Assembly (NCBI GenBank): GCA_050613775.1 | Contig: JBODTK010000139.1 | Span: forward strand, 310,001 to 374,000 | DNA length: 64,000 bases | Source of the DNA: Neocallimastix sp. 'constans' | Lineage: Eukaryota | Reading direction: 5' to 3' | Shown: positions 1 to 12,909 of the stretch, piece after piece | Numbering within the stretch: position 1 is the stretch's first letter | Layout of the letters: every line of letters begins with the position of its first letter | Position numbers and translations under genes: made by a program | Notes under the pieces: model-generated | Databases searched by the model: none | Seen by the model: the letters and a program-made list of their open reading frames with translations, nothing else | What the model was told of the DNA's origin: nothing

Positions 1-247
1 CTAGTTCTTGGATAATTTCTCTTGGTTCTCCAGAAGCCGTTAATATACAAGCAGTAAAAATAGTTTCAGGATCCTTGATATGTTGGTATTTTATCCATGC
101 CTTTAACTCATTTGCCCAGGAGTTGATGTCAAGGTTTTGTTTAGTAAGCTTTTCAAAATCTTTTAATTCTTTCTTTAATTCTCTGAAGCTAAGCTTACTT
201 TCTGGAGTACTCTCTGTTGGAGTACTGGAAGTACTGGATGTTCTCAT
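1..247 (-). CDS. gag: N-terminus of a probable LTR-retrotransposon Gag ORF (runs off the window edge)
   Basis: Open frame from ATG at 247: MRTSSTSSTPTESTPESKLSFRELKKELKDFEKLTKQNLDINSWANELKAWIKYQHIKDPETIFTACILTASGEPREIIQEL. Lies downstream of a PBS (731-748); a decayed homologue is at 41300-41469. Confidence 0.7.
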   Translation of the reverse strand, partial: MRTSSTSSTPTESTPESKLSFRELKKELKDFEKLTKQNLDINSWANELKAWIKYQHIKDPETIFTACILTASGEPREIIQEL

Positions 248-402
248 AAAATAAAATTTATTGTATCTATAGAATGCTAAACCTCGTAATGTATAAATTG
301 TTATAAAAAAGTAAAAATAAAAAAAAATTAAAAAAAATAAATCTTTTAACTAATAAAATTATTAATTATTTATTATTATTAATCACTTATTAAATTATAA
401 TA

Positions 403-569
403 ATCGTGCAATCTGATAGTACACACTGTCTGACGTGCAGCTTACCTCTTGAAAGGTGTCATGCCACGCGTGTGCCACGGTTACTATTTTCAATATAAAA
501 AATAGCAGTCCAGAGCCTACTAGCCCAATTATTATGTAGGATAAACTTAACCCGGAAATCTATGCACGA
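403..569 (-). ncRNA. Putative structured RNA in the retrotransposon 5' leader
   Basis: GC-richer island closed by TCGTGCA/TGCACGA, with internal stems CCTAC/GTAGG, TGCTATTTT/AAAATAGTA, GCACAC/GTGTGT and ACCT/AGGT on the minus strand. Confidence 0.45.
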
Positions 570-730
570 ATATTAGTTTAATTTAATATTAATTAATATT
601 TTTAACAATTAATAATAATTAGTTAAAAATATAAAAATTGTTTTTTTTTTTAAAAAAATATTTGTTTTATTAGAAAAATTATTTATTAATATTATAATTT
701 TATCCCCAATGTATTAATTTATTATTATAT

Positions 731-748
731 TCCCCGATATCTCCACCA
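731..748 (-). other. Primer-binding site complementary to a tRNA 3' end (tRNA-Ala-like)
   Basis: Plus strand TCCCCGATATCTCCACCA resembles the eukaryotic tRNA-Ala 3' end (..TCCCCGGCATCTCCACCA). Minus strand starts TGG; 18 nt; upstream of gag. Confidence 0.75.
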
Positions 749-756
749 ATTTTTCA

Positions 757-2197
757 TGGTAAGGTTCATATAGTTTTAGGAATATAATAATAATTAACAC
801 AAATAATAAAATTACAATAAAAAAAAAAAATAATTTGTTTTAAAATCAATATTTATTTATTTAAATTTATAAAAGAAAAATAATAATATAATTATTTATT
901 TTAATAAAAAGAAAGTTATTCATTATATTTTATTTCACTAAAAATTACATGTATTTATATTTTTTTATCAAATTAAAATTTGTAAAGCCTAACTATTTCT
1001 TAATAAACTAATTACTAATTATTTTAATAAATAAAACATTTAAATTGAAATTGAATTATTATTTTAGTTAATAATATTATTGTTATAAATATTAGTTTTA
1101 TATTATTGAATTATTAATTATTTAATAATAGTTTAATACTAATATATATAAAATAAAAATAAAGAGATTATACAGAATATTTTATTGTGGTTTAGTTAAA
1201 TTTAGTAATTAAAAATAAATTTAAATTGATAACGAAAATTTTAATAACTAATTAAATAGATTTGATTATTTTCAATATAACATAATACAAAAGAAATATA
1301 ATATTAATATATTAAGTGGGCAAGGACAATATTCTTGGCTAAAGATTTTTAATACATTATAATGGAATCGGATCGATAATTCAAAAAGGAATTATAAGTT
1401 AATTAGTGATTTATTAACTTAAGATTTCTATTTAGTAATATTTGAAGAATATTGGAAAGTTCCAATTATATAGAATAGAATAATCTATAAGGTTAGAATA
1501 ATTTATATTATTCTAGCACAATTAGTATTATTTGTTCATTCTGTATTAAATTTGATACGATATATTTTAAATATTCGTATTTACAATAGTTTTGGGCGCT
1601 ACACTGGGGAATTGTATTAAATTATATATTCTAATAATAATATTAATTATTTTATTTAATTATTTAAAATTTTTATTTTAGGATATTTGTTTTGTAATAT
1701 TTTATTTTTATTTTATTTTATTTTATTTTATTTTATTTTATTTTATTTTATTTTTATCATATTAATTAACTATTAATAATTATAATTTAATTATAATATT
1801 CTACAATTAATTACTTAAACAACTAATTTTATTAAAACTAATAACTAAACTACTATCTTAACTAATTAAAACATTTTTCTTATATTAAATCAACTATTAC
1901 TAATTAACATATATCAATAATTTTTTTAACAAAAACATTTTTTTTTTTTTATAATATTTTTATATATTTTTTTTTTTATAATTATTATCTCTATATTAAA
2001 TCATAATTGTTATATTTTATATAAACATTAATATAAAAGTTTATATTATAATAATTAAATTTTATACTATAATAATATTATTTTATATGATTTATAATTA
2101 ATATAATTCATCATTTTTATATAATTAATTTTATAATAATATATATTTTACAAACTTTATATAATTAATATAATTTAATAATAATTTTAAAATATCA
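757..2197 (-). mobile_element. Probable LTR (TG...CA)
   Basis: On the minus strand it begins TGATA just after a purine tract (2201-2215) and ends TACCA 8 nt before the PBS. No second copy in the window, so boundaries are inferred. Confidence 0.45.
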
Positions 2198-2200
2198 TTA

Positions 2201-2268
2201 TTTTTCTTTTCATCTTGTATCAGAACGCCCACGCTTTAGATCAGACTTCGTCCCTTGAAGTCTAAAGA
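2201..2268 (-). other. Polypurine-tract candidate preceded by a hairpin
   Basis: Minus strand hairpin AGACTTC-AAGGGAC-GAAGTCT followed by AAGATGAAAAGAAAAA, ~200 nt after the pol stop. Confidence 0.45.
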
Positions 2269-2309
2269 ATATTTGTATGAAATAATAAATTTTAAAATTT
2301 ATAAGGCAT

Positions 2310-2342
<33 letters not shown>

Positions 2343-2365
2343 TAATATAATTATATGATTATTAT

Positions 2366-2413
<48 letters not shown>

Positions 2414-2457
2414 GTAGTGATTTATTTTAAACTATTATTATTTTTTAAATATTAATA

Positions 2458-3661
2458 TTAATCAGTGATTTCTACAAAACTACTTATATAAGGAATAACA
2501 TTTTTGAGATGTATATTTCTTTCGGCAACTTCATTAGTAATTGGATCACAAACTGTAACAGTATTAAATTGTTGCTTAACTATTTTTAATGGTCCAATAA
2601 AATAAGGGTCCAATTTTCTTCTATTAAAATTCCTGATTAATACTAAATCTCCAGGTTTAAATTCACTTCTTAATCTTTTAATTTGTTTTCTTCTATCTTT
2701 CCATAGTTCATTAGCAGTTTCTATATTCCGAAAAGCTTCATTAATCCATTTATTATGTGTAATAAATTTTCTTAAATAATATTCTTCATCAGTTTCATCT
2801 TCATGTTTTTGATCAACATTAATTGTAAGTTCGAAAGGTTGCAAATCCCTTCTACCATAAAGTAATTCAAAACTGCTATATTTTGTTACTTCATTCTTCG
2901 CTGTTCTAAGCGCCCATAAAGCACTAGGTAGAATATCATCCCAATCTTTATTATTTTTTCCTAAAAGCCGCAAATATTTTCCAATTTCTCTATTTCTATT
3001 CTCAACTTCTCCATTAGAAGGTGGATGATACGTAGCCACATTATGTACATATACATCATGCAAATCGAGAAAAGCTTTAGTTTTATCTGAAATAAGTTGT
3101 GGGCCATTATCTGTAATTAATAACTCTGGTATTCCATGCCTCGAAAACACATTAATTAAAAATCTTATTACATCTTCAGATTCTGTTTTTTCTAATGGTT
3201 CAGCTTCCACCCATTTGGTAAGGTAGTCAACTAATACTATGATATATCTATTTCCTCTAGCAGTTGTATATAATGGACCAACTAAATCTAAACCAACTCT
3301 TGTGAAAGGCAATCCTGGTGGTGTTGGAATATCTTCAGGGTATTTATTTTGAGGCTGTGGCTTATACATTTGACATTTCTTACAACATTTTATAAATATT
3401 TTTATATCTTTATTCATTCCTTTCCAAAAGTAATCTCTTTTTAATCTATGATAGGTTTTATAACAACCTTCATGTCCTACGTTATGTGCTAAATTAATTA
3501 ATTTCCATTTTTCTTTTTCATCAAAAATTACTCTTCTTAAATTATTATTTTGTTTATAATAAATAATCCCATCTATTTCTACAAATTTTTGTTTTATATA
3601 ATTATCAATAAAATCATTTAAAAATTTTTCATCATTATTATTATTTTCATTATTATTTATT

Positions 3662-3741
<80 letters not shown>

Positions 3742-6700
3742 GTAATCATTATTATTAGGTGTAACATTTATTACGAAATTTGTATCTAGATATACATTAT
3801 TGTTAGATAAAATATTTCTTGAGTAATTTTTATTTATATCATTATTTAACATTTCATTATTATCATCCTTTTGAAAGTTATTATTTGTAAAATTATTATT
3901 AATTTTATCAATTTTTAAAATATTATTATATTTCTTTTTTCCTATAGTTATACTTCTATGATCTTCTTGTTCATTTTTATTAAGAGATTTTTTGTTAATA
4001 TTTTTATCAATATTCAAAATTTTATTGTATTTATTATTAATGCTTATATTATTTTGATTTACAATATTATTTTTTTCATTTTCATTTTCTTTTGAATTTT
4101 CATTTGTTGTACTCTCATTTTTTATATCTCTAAATAATACATTATTTTGAATTACATTATTATTTAATATTTCGGTTTTAAAGCTTGTTTCCTTTGTTAA
4201 ATAATTATTATTTTTATATGCATCATGTATATTATTATATTTTGTATTATAATTTTCTTTGTTTTCATTTGAATAGTTATTTTGAATAATGTTACAATTT
4301 TTTAATTTTTTATCTAAGTAATTAATTTTATTATAATTATTATTTTCATTGAGATTATTATTTTTATTCCTATTATTATTTCCAACAAAATTATTTTCAT
4401 TAGGATTATTGCCTTTATCATAATTGCTATTTTTATTACAATTGCTATTTTCATTATGATTATTGTTTTTATTATAATTGTTATTTTTAATATAATTATT
4501 ATTAGTATTAAAGTTATTATTTTTATTAAACCCATTAATTTCTATTTTTTTATCAGAGATATTATTTTTATTATAATTATTATTGTTTTCATTCTCATAT
4601 AATTTATGATTGATTGTGATATTATTTATTTTTATTTTTTTAGATAAATTGCTATTTTTAATAGTATTTTTATTGTCTATTTTTATAAATAAATTGTCAT
4701 TAGTATTTTCCCTACTGATTTTATTTCTTGATTTATTAATTTCATTAGAATTATTATTTCTTATATTCTCTTTTAAAATAATATTTTTAATTGAATTATT
4801 ATCTTTATTAAAATTGTTTTCCAAAATAATATTTTTATTTTCTTCTACATTCTTATTTTGTATATCTTCACCAGAATTTAATCTTGAAAGTGCATCTGCA
4901 ATTACATTTCTCCTCCCCTCTTCATATAAAACTTTAACTTTTAAAATACTGAATTCCGTAATCCATTTAATATGACGGCTAGAAGTAGGTTCTTTACTAT
5001 TGAAAATATAAACTAAGGGTTTATGATCAGTGTACAAAATAGTTTCAAAATTATTACCTGTTAAAAATGGTCTAAATTTCATAACACAATAGTAAGCAGC
5101 TAATCCTTCCAAATCCGTAATACTATAGTTTAATTCTGCATTTACTAAAGTACGACTTTCAAAATAAATAGGCTTTTCATCATTATTCTCATCTAACTGA
5201 ATAAGAACTCCACCAATACCATATTTAGAGGCGTCCGTACGAATAATAAATGGTTTTTCAAAAACAGGAGGTGATAAAATAGGTGCAGAAATTATTTTAT
5301 TTTTTAATTCAACAAAAGCCTTATTAGTAGTATCAGTCCATACAAAAGGAACATTTTTTTTTGTAAGTTCATATAATGGTTTAGCAATTTGAGCAAAATT
5401 ATAAATGAATTTCCTATAATAGCCAATAGCACCTAAAAAAGAACGTAGTTGCTTAATATTTTTAGGAGGTAACCAATTCATAATAACATTCACTTTTGAA
5501 TCAATAGGACTAATTCCTTTAGTAGATAATTTGTGTCCTAATAATTCTACTTCTTCTTTAAAAAAATGACATTTCTCTAAATTAATTTTTAATCCATTAT
5601 TATGTAGAATTTTGAAAACCTTTTCAAGATCTTTAATATGCTGATCCATTGAGGGAGAATACACAACAAGATCATCGATATAGACAAAGACACAAACACC
5701 AATCAAGTCGAAGAATATTCGGTTCATCTCCCTTTGAAAAGTTGCGGGAGCATTACACAACCCAAAAGGCATAACTTGAAAATTAAAATTACCATAAATA
5801 GTAGTAAAACACGTAATATCTCTATCATCAGGATGCATAGGAATTTGATGGTATCCTGAAAATAAATCAATTGTTGAAAGAACTGCGGTGTTTCCTACAT
5901 AATAAAGAATATCATCGATAATAGGAAGGGCATAGGCATCTTTCTTCGTACAGTTATTTACTACTCTATAATCAACGCACATTCTTACTTGACCATTTTT
6001 TTTTAACACAAGAACAACTGGTAAAGACCAAGGAGAATTTGAAGGAACAATTAATTTATTGTTAATGAGTTTAATTATTTCTTTTTTTAGAGCATCTGCT
6101 TGTACTTTAGAGAGTCTATATGCTCTCTGTTTAACAGGGTGAGTACCAGGAACTAAATTAATTCTATGAGGAAATAATTTAGAATTACCTAAATCATCTG
6201 TTTTAACAGCTAAAATATCCGTGTATGATAAAAATAAAATTTTAATTGAATCTCTAATAGAAGAAGGTACTTCAGATAATATGTCGTGTACAAGCGAAAT
6301 TTTCTTATCATTTTGCAGAGATTTTAAATCAACAAAAGATGAATTATCATCAGAAGTTATTAAAAGAATAGCGGGACAAATTTTTGAATCATTATTAAGA
6401 AATAACACATTATTATCAATAGAAAATAAATCATTATTATTAAGAACTTCATCATTAGATAATATTAAATTATCAAAATCACTAATATTTATATTAGAAG
6501 TATCATTACACAAAAAATTTGAACACGCACAATAATTGATAATACCATCACAACGCGTAACATAATTTTCAGAATCATTTTTATTAACATTTAAATCATT
6601 AACATTAGAAAAATTTACATTATACATTAAATTAGAAAGTTCAATAAAATCTCCATTATCATTTTTACGTAATAAAGTATCATCAACTAAATCTAGCACA

Positions 6701-7406
6701 AATCTATTTTTCTTAAGCGTGTTAATACCAATTAACACGTCGAAAATATCATCTTTTTCTATTTTTCTGAAATAGTCTTTGAAAGTATAGCCGCCTATTT
6801 CAATTTCTAATTCGTATACATCCGAAGAAATATAATTATTAGAATAAGCCTGGAATATTCTTTCCGAAATAGTTCCAACGGCCGTTTTATTTATTTTATA
6901 CTTCTCGAATGCAGCAGCAGTAATTAAATTAACACTTGCACAAGAATCTAAGAATATTTCTGCGTAGGATCCTTCAATAGTACCATTTACTTTTATAACT
7001 TTATAGTCGCTTAACAATGATAAAGCATTTATTAAAAATTCTTTACTGGTACTTTTAATTAATTTTTGTTCTTTGTTAAACCCGGTACGAAATTTAGGAC
7101 ATAAGTCCAATAAGTGTGCCAATTTAAGTTTGACTTCTATATTGGCAACATCTTTAACCAGGTCATTTATATCATAATTATCGACCAAATTGATCATTTT
7201 AATATGTTTCTCTAATTTTGACGTCTTAGTATTACCTCCATTTTCATTTTCGTTTGTAGTATTGGATATTATCTCTTTAATTCTATTTAATTTGTTAATT
7301 TTTTTTGCGTTTAAAATATTTGGTTGGTTTATATATGATATATCCAAATGTTCCAATTTTTCTGTGTTATTATTACTATCATTATTAGTATTAATATTAT
7401 CATTAA

Positions 7407-7449
<43 letters not shown>

Positions 7450-7551
7450 GATATTATTAGAATTGTCATTATTGTTAATATTATTATTATAATCATCAAT
7501 ATTAATATTATGATTATTATTATTATTATAATTTAAATTATTTGGGATCAT
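2458..7551 (-). CDS. pol: Ty3/Gypsy Pol polyprotein (Gag tail, protease, RT, RNase H, Asn-rich spacer, integrase), 1697 aa
   Basis: Protease FLDSCAS; RT motifs RMCVDYR, IDLFSGYHQI, MPFGLCNAPATFQ, YIDD; RNase H TDAS, TDHKPL, ADALSR; integrase HHCC and GLDLVG/TDNG/EVENRN. PR-RT-RH-INT order is Gypsy; no chromodomain seen. Confidence 0.96.
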
Positions 7552-7951
7552 CCTCTAAATTCATATTATCTTCATCTCGAATATTTCCATTATTATTAAT
7601 TTCAATAATATCTGGATTTTCTCTAAAATTAACCTTTTTTGTAGAAGAAAGATATTCACCTTCAATTATTTTATTATTATTTAGTTCCTCATTATTATTA
7701 CTATCATTATAATTATCATTATTATTATTTATTTGTTTCATGGCTGGAGTGTGAATAGGAACTGGATTATCTTTGAGATGAAGCCTTTGTGTTTCTTTAT
7801 AAGGCCCCTTATATTTTTCTTTATTTTGTTTCCCTTTTCTCTGAGCAGCAAAAACAACTTCATCCTGGAATTCTATTATTTCAGTATTAGTGTTATCTAA
7901 CGAATCTGTATCAGTTCTTTCACCGGGAGGTGAAAATCCATGCCTTATCAT
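7538..7951 (-). CDS. C-terminal Gag fragment overlapping pol in another frame
   Basis: VVFAAQRKGK...KGPYK resembles a post-knuckle Gag region; Asn-rich composition continues into the pol ORF; the rest of gag is absent upstream. Confidence 0.55.
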   Translation of the reverse strand: MIRHGFSPPGERTDTDSLDNTNTEIIEFQDEVVFAAQRKGKQNKEKYKGPYKETQRLHLKDNPVPIHTPAMKQINNNNDNYNDSNNNEELNNNKIIEGEYLSSTKKVNFRENPDIIEINNNGNIRDEDNMNLEDDPK

Positions 7952-8017
7952 TTCGATGTCGACGCTCTCGGCAACGGTAGATTAAACGGAATACAATTTC
8001 ATCATCAATCTAAATGA

Positions 8018-8476
8018 TCAACAAATTATTGGTATTACGTTTGTCAGAAACTCCGCAATCCCCACAAAATACGGAATAGTCGACGAAGTTGAACTTTTTT
8101 TGAAAATATTGTCAATTAATTGTCTTTGTTCCCCATCATTAAGTTTAATTTTTTCATATATTGAACTCCCACCACTCAATATAAGGTAATAAATATTATT
8201 ATCATAATTCTTTTCTGAATCTAAAGAAACATCTAAGGATTTTTGTTCAATTATCATTGCAAACTTCAAAAAGAGATCATCTAGAAAAGGTAGATATTTA
8301 TTTCTGTAACTTTCCAATTCTCTACAGGGAAAGATCCAGTGAGAAAAACTATTTACACTAACACCACAAAAAGGGCAACATTTAGGGAAATCTTCTGAGA
8401 CAATTTTTCTTTTATTAGAAATACTAATGTCAAATTTAAAACCACACCTAATTCGAGAAATCCAAAAGAATCCCAA
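8018..8476 (-). pseudogene. 3' fragment of a non-LTR (LINE) ORF2 with CCHC zinc finger
   Basis: WISRIRCGF...CPFCGVSVNSFSHWIFPC (C-x2-C-x8-H-x4-C); no RT upstream. Confidence 0.7.
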
Positions 8477-8893
8477 TTGACATTTTGAATATTAAAATGT
8501 TAAGTTTCTTTCTTACTTTTAACTTTTTTCTTATTTTTAGCTTCTTATAATTGTTTTTTTCAAACATATTTATTCCTAATTCTTCAATTACATATTTAGT
8601 AATAGGAAATAATTCATCCCTAAAAAATTTATTGGCTTCTATATTTCTAAGTCTTCATAATTCAGGAATAATATTATAAATTGTTACTTTAATATAATTA
8701 TTTAATTCATCTAACCCTATAGCTACAATGATGGGAATACTGAATACTAACACATCTATTAAGTTGGACAGTACATAATTCATCAATAGAGGCAATTAAT
8801 TGATTTAGAATATTTGAAGTAGTATGATTTTTAAAGCTACAATAGACTCCGATTGAAATAAACAATAATAAAAAATAAATTTAATATTTTCAT

Positions 8894-8942
<49 letters not shown>

Positions 8943-8959
8943 CTTTGATTTATTTTTAA

Positions 8960-8996
<37 letters not shown>

Positions 8997-9389
8997 TTTA
9001 TATTATTATAGATGTAAATGTGGCTTATCACTAATATCCACATTGCTTCACAATTTATCCTTCTAATATATTTGTATAAATATAATAAATGACTTTAATT
9101 AAATTAATAAAATGAGATTTATTAAAAATATTTTAAATAAACATTAAGTAAAAAAGATAATGAGTCACAATTATTAAGCATATAATAAAAAAATATAATG
9201 TAAAATAATTTCATTATTTATAAAACATTTTATATTTTTATATATTTTATTATATTTTTTTGAAATTTCTTTTTACTAATAATTTGTCATTTAAAATTTT
9301 TAATTTTAGATAAAATATATATATGTATATATATATATGTTTCAAATGAAATATTTAAATAATAGTAATTCTAAAGTTATATAAAAACA

Positions 9390-10847
9390 ATGAATATAGA
9401 AAAAGAAAACAATACTGAATTATTTTTTAAAGAATTAAAGAGTAAAACATGTAACCTTGAAATATTATATAATCTTTCTTTAAAGGGAATATATTTATAT
9501 AAAAAAATAAAATATCATGAGTATGTAGTAGATATAAGCTTAATGAATAAGCAATATTTTAAAATATATAATGATAGACAATATGATCGATTAATTGAAA
9601 AATTTGAAAAATATGAAGGTAAAAATAATACATATAATAAAAATGAATATAGACAGTTAATAATATTAAATGAATATATTATAAAAAAGTTAGTTAATGA
9701 TAATAATAATTCTTATATTTTGACACTTCCAAAAGAACATTCACATATTTCATTATATTGTTTATTAAAATATAATTATATTTCTTATAAAATTTTTGAT
9801 TTTTTTAAAAGTGATACAATATATTTTAGTATTTTTTATTTATTACTTTTTATATTACATATTATTTAAAAGAAAATATAAATTTAAGTAATATTAGTAA
9901 ATACATTGGTAATTATTATGTTTCATCTCATATGAAAATTAAATTTGATAAAGATATTAAAGTTTTAGAAAATATAATAATAAATCTTTGTAATAATATT
10001 AAATACCATTAATGTTACGCCCCTTTGCGTTCATACCCAATTTATCCTTTAAATTTATTAAAAAAAATTTCTTCTAAAATTTATAAACCTAATATTTTAT
10101 ATTTCAAACACGATGATAAAAATATAGAGAATTGTATTAATAATATTTGCGGAGATTCCGAGCTGAGAAATATTAATAACCAAGGTTATATTAATATTTT
10201 TTCAAAATCAAATGAAGCCTTTTATATGAATATAAAATTACTAAAGATATAAAAAACTTCACCGTTACTAATTATAAAGAATATCATTTAAATAAAAATA
10301 AGTTGAAGGATAATTGCTCGGAAAATAGTTATATTAAAGGTAAAGATTTATGGTTTGGAAATAAAGATATATTTAATATTAATTTTGAATTAAAAAATAT
10401 CATTTAAAATATAATGAGAGAATTATTCATATAATGAAATAGTTGAATTTAGTTTGATATTTAGAGACAGGTATTTAAATGATGATGAATTATCTAAAGT
10501 TTTAAAAGATCCTGAATATATACTTTATAAAAGTGAAAAATGACACGACAATGGAACATAATTATTTTTATACGATAATTATATGATGCTGTATTATTGG
10601 ATCTCTAATTTATAACAATAAATCTAAATTCGTTATAAATACTTTAACCGAATTATTAAATAATTATATTCCATTAAGCTATAATTTTAAAGAAAACAAA
10701 TTACGTTTTGAACGTACATAAAGAGACATTGAAGTTTTTGAAGACATGGAAGAATGGATGGAAGATTATCACAACCTATTTTATTATACAATTTCATCAA
10801 CATCGAATGCTAAATTTAATAAGAGTTTTGAAATATATTATGGATAA
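9390..10847 (+). pseudogene. Fragmented ORF of unknown function (~480 codons)
   Basis: Coding-like pieces 9390-9869 and 10025-10252, continuing to ...DMEEWMEDYHNLFYYTISSTSNAKFNKSFEIYYG* with several stops and frameshifts. Confidence 0.55.
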
Positions 10848-11128
10848 AAAAATTAATTAATTATCTATTTATTTATTTTTTTTTTTTTTTAAAATAATAA
10901 ATCTTACAATAAATCAAGGTTAAAATATATTTTAAAATTTTTATATAATTTATTGACCAAGTCGCTTACTCTAATTTCTTACTCTAATTTTAATAAAAGA
11001 AATTCATATTTTATTTAAATAATAATAATAATATTAACTATAACTATATTATTTTTATAAAATAATTTTTTATTACTTTTTTTTTTTTTTTAATCTATAA
11101 TAAATAAATATTATAATAAAATAGTATT

Positions 11129-12130
11129 ATGAAACTTTTAATCTTTATAATTTGTATATTCCTTGCTAATTGTGCTTTAGCAAAAGAATCAAGAGTATTT
11201 TGTCAGTACAATTATAATAGGGTTTATAATATTTATGATCCCGGGTATTTTGATAATGAAGGCAATATTGTCTACGCTAAGACAATTGAAGAATATGCAA
11301 AAGTATTAGGACCCACTTGGTATGGTGTTTCTTGGTACAATAATAGTATAATGGTTAATAGTATTGGTATGTATTAAAGTATCTCCAATATTCAAAATAA
11401 ATTACGAAAAAGAAGACTTGAAGATTATAATGATAATAAGGATAACAATGAAAATAAGAATAATAATGAAAATAGGGATAATAAATGAATATATTGATGA
11501 AAATACCTTTATTGATGATCCATATTTACAATGTAATTATTCGATTAGTGATTTTAAAAATAGAACAATGACTTATATTTGTAAAATTTTTGACAAATTA
11601 AAAAATAATCAAAAAAAATGTATTCCATTAGCTAGTGTAAATCCAGCTGGAATTTAAACACACACTATAGGTAATATTGAAAGTAATACTGATACTTTAA
11701 TAGATAAAATTTCTAATACCATTGAAGTAGCATCTACTATAACAGATGATAATACTATTACATATTCCCACTCTAATACAGATACAAGTTCTTTAGAAGT
11801 AGCAGTTACATTAGCTCATTTCAATTCTACAAGTGAATCTTCAGATAATAGGATTTACTTTTATTACCAAATATTCAGAAGTAATTATTCATGGAGTAAT
11901 GGAAGATGATACACATGATATATCTAATACTACAGGATCGACTGATAAATTAAGTGAGATATAAAGAGCATTCAGATACTAGTGAATATTGTTATTAAAG
12001 TAAAGATGATTATGAATATCATAATAATCAATATGAAGAAGTAAATAGAATTCCTTATATAGATAAAGATATTTCATATGATAATAAGGATATATAGGAG
12101 GGTAAAAATAAAAGATTTGTTTTAGTTTGG
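11129..12130 (+). pseudogene. Disrupted secreted-protein gene with Ser/Thr-rich region
   Basis: Signal peptide MKLLIFIICIFLANCALA; frameshift near 11370; in-frame TAA at 11655 followed by continued open frame (THTIGNIESNTDTL...). Confidence 0.6.
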
Positions 12131-12869
12131 AATCTGAGGTCATTTTGTTCTCTTATCTATAATTGTATTTTCTAATATTAATATAATTTTCATGTATTTT
12201 TTATATTTGTTTTATTTATAATTTTCATATAATTTATGTTAAATATTGTTAAATAAATGCTTATTCCTCTTTTTTTTTTTTTAAAAAAAAAAAATAAATA
12301 AATAATTATAAAAAAAAAATTAAAATTAAAATTATTATAAATGTTAATTCAATAAAATGATTTCAATATAGTTATTCTTTTTATTTTTCTCATTAATTAA
12401 ATAAAATATAATTACTATTTTTTATAAATTTCATATTTCATGAGTATGTAATTTTTTTTTTTTTTTTTTTTTTAAGACTTTCTCATATGATTACATCATT
12501 GGTAGTTCATTTCGGAATGTGGCTTTATATATTTTACATAAATTTTCATTTAGGAACGTGGCTTATATTATTTTTATTAAATTTTTATGTCTGAATATAA
12601 TATTTATAACATTAAAATAAAATGGCACATATAATTTTTTTGAAAAAATAATTATTAAAAATATTTAAAGTGTGATACATTTCAAAAAAATTGATGATTT
12701 ACAAATATATTTAATTTGCCATTTTCTGAGAATTTTTATTTATTTATTAATATATTCAAGACTTACAAGGGATAGTCTAAAAAAAAAAAAAAAAAAAAAA
12801 AAAACGTATATGTAAATTTAAACTTAACTTTTTTTTCTTTTTTATTACTAATAATATAACATCATCATA

Positions 12870-12909
<40 letters not shown>

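Noticed and set aside
731..748. tRNA gene
   Set aside because: Only the 3' 18 nt including CCA are present; no cloverleaf, so it is a PBS.
4314..7536. Short alternative-frame and antisense ORFs within pol
   Set aside because: By-products of AAT/ATT low complexity; no motifs.
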